NCBI RefSeq assembly: GCF_009914755.1
Contig: NC_060925.1
Reading direction: 5' to 3' (one strand)
Length of the DNA: 64,000 nt
Source of the DNA: the human T2T-CHM13v2.0 reference genome, Homo sapiens
Of this stretch, positions 59,321 to 64,000 are shown piece by piece. The notes under the pieces are model-generated. The model saw nothing but the letters and a program-made list of their open reading frames with translations, made no database searches and was not told the origin of the DNA. Numbering within the stretch: the first letter of the stretch is position 1; each line of letters opens with the position of its first letter. The position numbers and the translations under genes are program-made.

Positions 59321-60755
59321 GTGGTTTAAACTAAAAGCTGAAGGAAGAACGTGTTTCAAGAAGGAGGGGGCCATCAGCTGTGTTGCAAGCTGCTGAGAGG
59401 TTGAGTCAGAGGAAGACAGACATAACCTTTGAATGGGGCAACGCAGAGACTGCCACTGACCTCGACCAGCAGTTTCAGTGGAATGGTGAGATCAGAACGC
59501 AGACGGGAGTGGGGCAGGCCATGAAGGTCAGGGTGATGATGCAGTGAAGACAGACAACTCTTGTCAAGTTTTGAAGAGGGGGGAGGAAATGGGGCAGTAT
59601 CTGGAGAAGGGTGTATGTTCATACAAGAGTTCCACTTTGTTTTAGTGAGAGACAGAGAGCAGGTTGTTTGCTGAAGGAATTGACCTTGTGGGGGAGAAAA
59701 AGTGAGATTTGCGAGTGGGGTTGGGGGACCAGCAGCAAAGTGGGATCCAGAGTGCAAGTGGAGGGGCCGGTGTTGATGGGAGGAAGGGGCAGGAGGGAAG
59801 ACAGAAGATGAGTCTGGGCGCGAGGTGGCTTCTAGCTTGATGGTGGGAGGAAAAGGAGTTCCAGTCTGATGGCTTCTATTTTGTCATCAAAGTGACCGAA
59901 GTGAGGTCTTGTGTGAATGTACAAGGGGGAAGAAAGCATGCTGGAGGCTTGAGGAGCGAGAAAAGGGTATAGAATGGCTCACCCTGGAGCCTGGGAAGCA
60001 ACCTGATGATAGAAGCGGAGCCCGCTGCCCCAGGAAGGAACTGGCCTCTGCTGCCTCTTTCACCTTCCTGGCGTGGTCCTGGGGGTGGTCTGCTGGGTTC
60101 AGGTTGGGCTGTGGAGTATGTTCTTACTCACTAGGCAGGTAACCCAAGCAGCTTTTATAGCCTTGGTCTCTTCACCACCATCATCTTAGTCATGCTTGCC
60201 CTGCCTACTTCCATCAAAGGAGGCAGCAAGTGCTGCATGGACAGTCAGGCGCTGTCTGAGTGGGAGTCATGGTTTTTTCCTTATGGATGGAGTCCATCCT
60301 GTAATACCTGGCCAGTGAGGAGATCCCCAGCAAGCTAGAGATGAGCACAGAGGGAGAGCGTCTGTCTAGCTCGCAGCAATGGCCTCTGCCTTCTGAGATC
60401 GCTTCCTTCGTAAGCGTAAGCAGTAACTTCCACCTCCACCCGGTCCCCAAGAGGCCTGACAGACTCCCAGCCTGGGTTTACTTTCCTGGGGCAATAGTAA
60501 TATGAATCCACATAGAGGCTTGGTCCCCATGGGGTGCTCCTCCAGCCATAGTGTCTGCAGCTGTCATCTGGCTAGATGAAGGAAGGGAAACCAGGGCCTG
60601 ATGCTGTCCTGCCATTTGCTGAATGTCACCCTCCAGGGTAGCCCAAGAAGAAGCAGTAAGTCTTCCAATGTGAGTCTCCTGTAAAAGTTCTTTGGTGACG
60701 TAGGGCTTTTTGTGTAGGTGATTTGGGAAGGGGAAACTTTACAAAAATCAGATAA

Positions 60756-61060
60756 GCTGGGTGGGTGGCTCATGCCTCTAATCCCAGTACTTTGGACAGC
60801 CAAGGTGGGAGGATTACTTGAGCCCAGGAGTTCAAGACCAGCCTGGGCAACATAACAAGACCCCATCTCTACAAAAAAAATTTTTAAATTAGCCAGGGCT
60901 GGTAGCCTGTGGCTGTTGTCCCAGCTACTCAAGAGGCTGAGGTAGAAGGATCACTTGAGTCTAGGAGGTCAAGGCTGTAGTGAGCTGTAATTGTGCCACT
61001 ATACTCCAGCCTGGGCAACAGAGCAAAACTCCATCTAGAAACAAAACAAAAAAAAACAAA
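60756..61060 (+). mobile_element. Alu (AluJ-like)
   Basis: Alu dimer. Confidence 0.9.
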
Positions 61061-61622
61061 AATAGATCAATAAGCCTCATTGTGACCAAAGAGAGGTAGT
61101 GTTCTCCCAGTGAAAAGCAAGAGTCAGGGAGCTCAAGGACTTTGTCCAGGATCAAACACAGGTCAGCTGAGGACCTAGGAATCCAATTAGTTTGACTTGA
61201 CTCCAAGCTCATGTTTTATTCTACCATACGAAACTGCTTCCCTGTATCCAACCAGCCTGCCTGCTTCCCAGCAAAGGGAAGAGGAGGGAAGGAGCCAGCA
61301 TTTACCAAGCACTTGTTTACCAGGGGTCCTGCTCTTTGCAGTTCACAGTCAGGGGAAGGAGCACCCCTAGATGGCCAAGAGGCTGTTTCATGATTAACCC
61401 CTGCCAATCGGAGGTCTATGGGAAACAGGTATGCTCTGGCTGAAAGCCATGCTGAGTTCAACATGTCATCCTGGTCACCAAAGATAAAAGGATCAGGAAA
61501 ATAACAGCACAAGTAGATACTACATTCTCCTCTCCAAATACCTTCTCTCCTCCTCCTCTCAGTCCCCAAATGCCATTTTTCCCCGAAATGGAAAGTAGGA
61601 GATAAAACTATCAGGGAGATGA

Positions 61623-61912
61623 GGTCAGCGCGGTGACTTACGCCTGTAATCCCAGCACTTTGGGAGCCCAAGGTGGGCGGATCACGAGGTCAGGAGTTTG
61701 AGACCAGCCTGGCCAACATGGTGAAAATCTGTCTCTACTAAAAATACAAAAAATAGCCGGGCGTGGTGGTGCACGCCTGTAATCCCAGCTACTCAAGAGG
61801 CTGAGGCAGAGAATTGCTTGAATCCAGGAGGCAGAGGTTGCAGTGAGCTGAGATTGTGCCACTGCACTCCAGCCTGGGCGACAGAGCAAGACTCTGTCTC
61901 AAAAAAAAAAAA
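61623..61912 (+). mobile_element. Alu (AluS-like)
   Basis: Alu dimer; TSD aaactat(c/t)agggagatga. Confidence 0.92.
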
Positions 61913-62850
61913 AACTATTAGGGAGATGAAAGTGAAATGGAACTCCTTCTGATCTCACAGAAACATTCAAACAGTGGAGGAGAAAGGCATAGGAAAGAAA
62001 CTGGATAAGGTATATAAAGAGAAACAAGCACATAGCCCCTCCAAGGGATTTTGCCAAACGCTTCACTTCTGCTCTTTATCCACTTGTGATATTTGTAGAT
62101 GACATAAGCTGGTTATGTGGCAGCTCTATGGACTTACTGTTGCATTGTTCAAGGCCAAGTTTCCCAAAAGGAGCTGGGGAATAACATAATGTTGAGTCCA
62201 GAACGTTCCTTTGGCAGAGTTTTATGTTAGAATCTTAATACAGAAATGAGAAGAGAAGGAATACACTGATAATATTTATTTTATATTTACAGTGGGATCC
62301 TGGTAAAAGGTGTTGGCACCCTTTCAAAAAATTGTTGGTACCTTTGTACAGAGCTGTGGTCATATCAATTGGCACAATACTTTTGGAAATTACAATTGTT
62401 CCGTGAAAGGGCCATTTACGCAGAGTGATGCCCAAGTGTCAACGAAGTCCAGAAACCAAAGCAGGAGGCTGTCAAATCCAGTTTGTTGATTTTAGGTCAC
62501 TTACTAGGGCAACTTAAAGACAGAAGCATGCTCTTGGGCAGCCACGAGATACGTAGGTCTCTGTACTGCAACCCCCGAAACCCAGGGCCTCTATCTCGGG
62601 GAAAAAGTGTATGTGCTCTGAAAGTGTATGTGGAATATAATGTATCTGGAAGTATACGTGCTCTGGGAAGTGTAGGTGGCTACCAGCATCACAGCCTATT
62701 TCTGCAACAGCATCAAGGGTTGCTTTGGAGGAAAAGCAAAACTTGAAATGAATAGGTATTCCCACAGAAAGAGTAATACATCAACTAGACATTTTGTTCC
62801 TGGACTTGAAGTTAGTCAGGTAGATTAGCATTTAAAATAAAGTCACTCTT

Positions 62851-63143
62851 GGCTGGGCACAGTGACTAATGCCTGTAAATCTCAGCACTTTGGGAGGCCG
62901 AGGTGGAAGGATCACTTGAGCCAAGGAGTTTGAGACCACCCTGGACAACATAGCAAGACTTCATCTCTATTAAAAAAAAAAAAGTAGCTGGGTATGGTGG
63001 CACACATCTTCAGTCCCAGGTATTCAGGAGGCTGAGGCAGGAGGATCGTTTGAGCCAGGAGGTCGAGGTTGCAGTGAACTAAGATCATGCCACTGCACTC
63101 CAGCATGGTGGACAGAACAAAACCCTGTCTCAAAAGAAAAAAA
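62851..63143 (+). mobile_element. Alu (AluJ-like)
   Basis: Alu dimer; TSD aaag(t/c)cactctt. Confidence 0.9.
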
Positions 63144-63363
63144 GCCACTCTTGTCCACAACAATTTGTACCATGAACCACAAAATTTTTCATATATATTT
63201 TGACCTAATGAACTTTTTGAGGAAAAAGAGATAAACACCAAAGATATGCATAAACGTTTATGACTATAAAACATTAAAAATAACCATAATATTCAATGTT
63301 GTAGAAATAATGGAGTAAACTGTTACCCACTCATTTGGCAGAATATTTTACAACCACTGTAAT

Positions 63364-63571
63364 TAGTGGTGTGCTGGACTCAGCCCATACTGGCTTGAGA
63401 GAGCCAATTGTGTGCATTCTTCCCAACTCTGCATTCCATGATGTCATGTCAGTAGCATGAAATCAGCCATGGTGGGAGTATTTACACGAGAGAAATTGGC
63501 AAACACTACCAATTAGGGCTCACCCCATCCCCAGAGAGCAAGTTGTTAAAACATTTTCCAGCACACCATTG
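63364..63571 (+). mobile_element. MER63A-like hAT DNA transposon
   Basis: Terminal inverted repeats agtggtgtgctgg / ccagcacaccattg; internal gaaatcagccatggtgggagtatttacac. Confidence 0.85.
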
Positions 63572-63848
63572 GTAAGTGGTATATATAAAAAAGATACAAA
63601 ATTATAAGTGTACCATTGTCATAACAATGTTAAAAATGAATATAAAGATAAGACATGGAAGGGACTATAGATGAGCTGAAAAAAGATTGTGGATAACTTA
63701 TTTTTTTATTTCAAGCTCTGTTTATTGCTATAGTCTTATTTATATAAAAACACATTTTTTAAATGTTTAAATCTGGTCTTCTGTTTTCACTATGACCAAA
63801 TAATTTCCTATGAATTCATCCTCTCACATATACAAAATATAATCTCTG

Positions 63849-63852
<4 letters not shown>

Positions 63853-63897
<45 letters not shown>
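63853..63897. repeat. (CA)n microsatellite
   Basis: Directly visible. Confidence 0.95.
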
Positions 63898-63901
<4 letters not shown>

Positions 63902-64000
63902 GCATACAGACACTGGAGAGTGAAAAAGGCAGGCAGATTCTGAAGCAGAGTCAACATTTGGAAGAGGGAAACAATATAAAATAAAGTGTCCCATTTTTAT

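Larger units (their letters stand above)
57300..59900 (-). mobile_element. L2 fragments interrupted by two Alus and an MLT1 LTR
   Basis: agtttcagttaggacatgtcaacttcaagatg, gtgtttcaagaaggagg, ccactgacctcgaccagcagtttcagtggaatggtg. Confidence 0.6.

Overview
Human (primate) genomic DNA containing the 3' part of CEP350 (centrosomal protein 350/CAP350) on the + strand. It holds 11 coding exons that splice in frame with GT-AG boundaries: 2736-2935, 6186-6397, 8240-8384, 11741-11901, 15297-15436, 18435-18517, 20336-22338 (large exon with the CAP-Gly domain), 23249-23656, 23764-23910, 26587-26709 and 38720-38884 (stop TGA). A ~3.7 kb 3'UTR ends near 42600, followed by ~21 kb of repeat-rich intergenic DNA (from recall, heading toward QSOX1, which is not in the window). 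Introns and intergenic DNA are full of Alu, L1, HAL1, L2, CR1, MIR, LTR and DNA-transposon fossils. The most interesting unexplained structure is the repeat-free first 2.7 kb, which carries several alternative-splicing candidates that all match the phase-2 junction upstream of exon 2736: a frame-preserving 123-nt cassette exon, a candidate stop-containing exon, a 15-nt microexon candidate and an in-frame alternative acceptor. Also notable are three Pumilio elements plus miRNA sites at the 3'UTR end, a young AluY, inverted Alus flanking exons, and an antisense LTR with intact promoter architecture. Repeat boundaries and subfamily names come from visual recognition and are approximate. No prokaryotic-type system (CRISPR, operon) is present.
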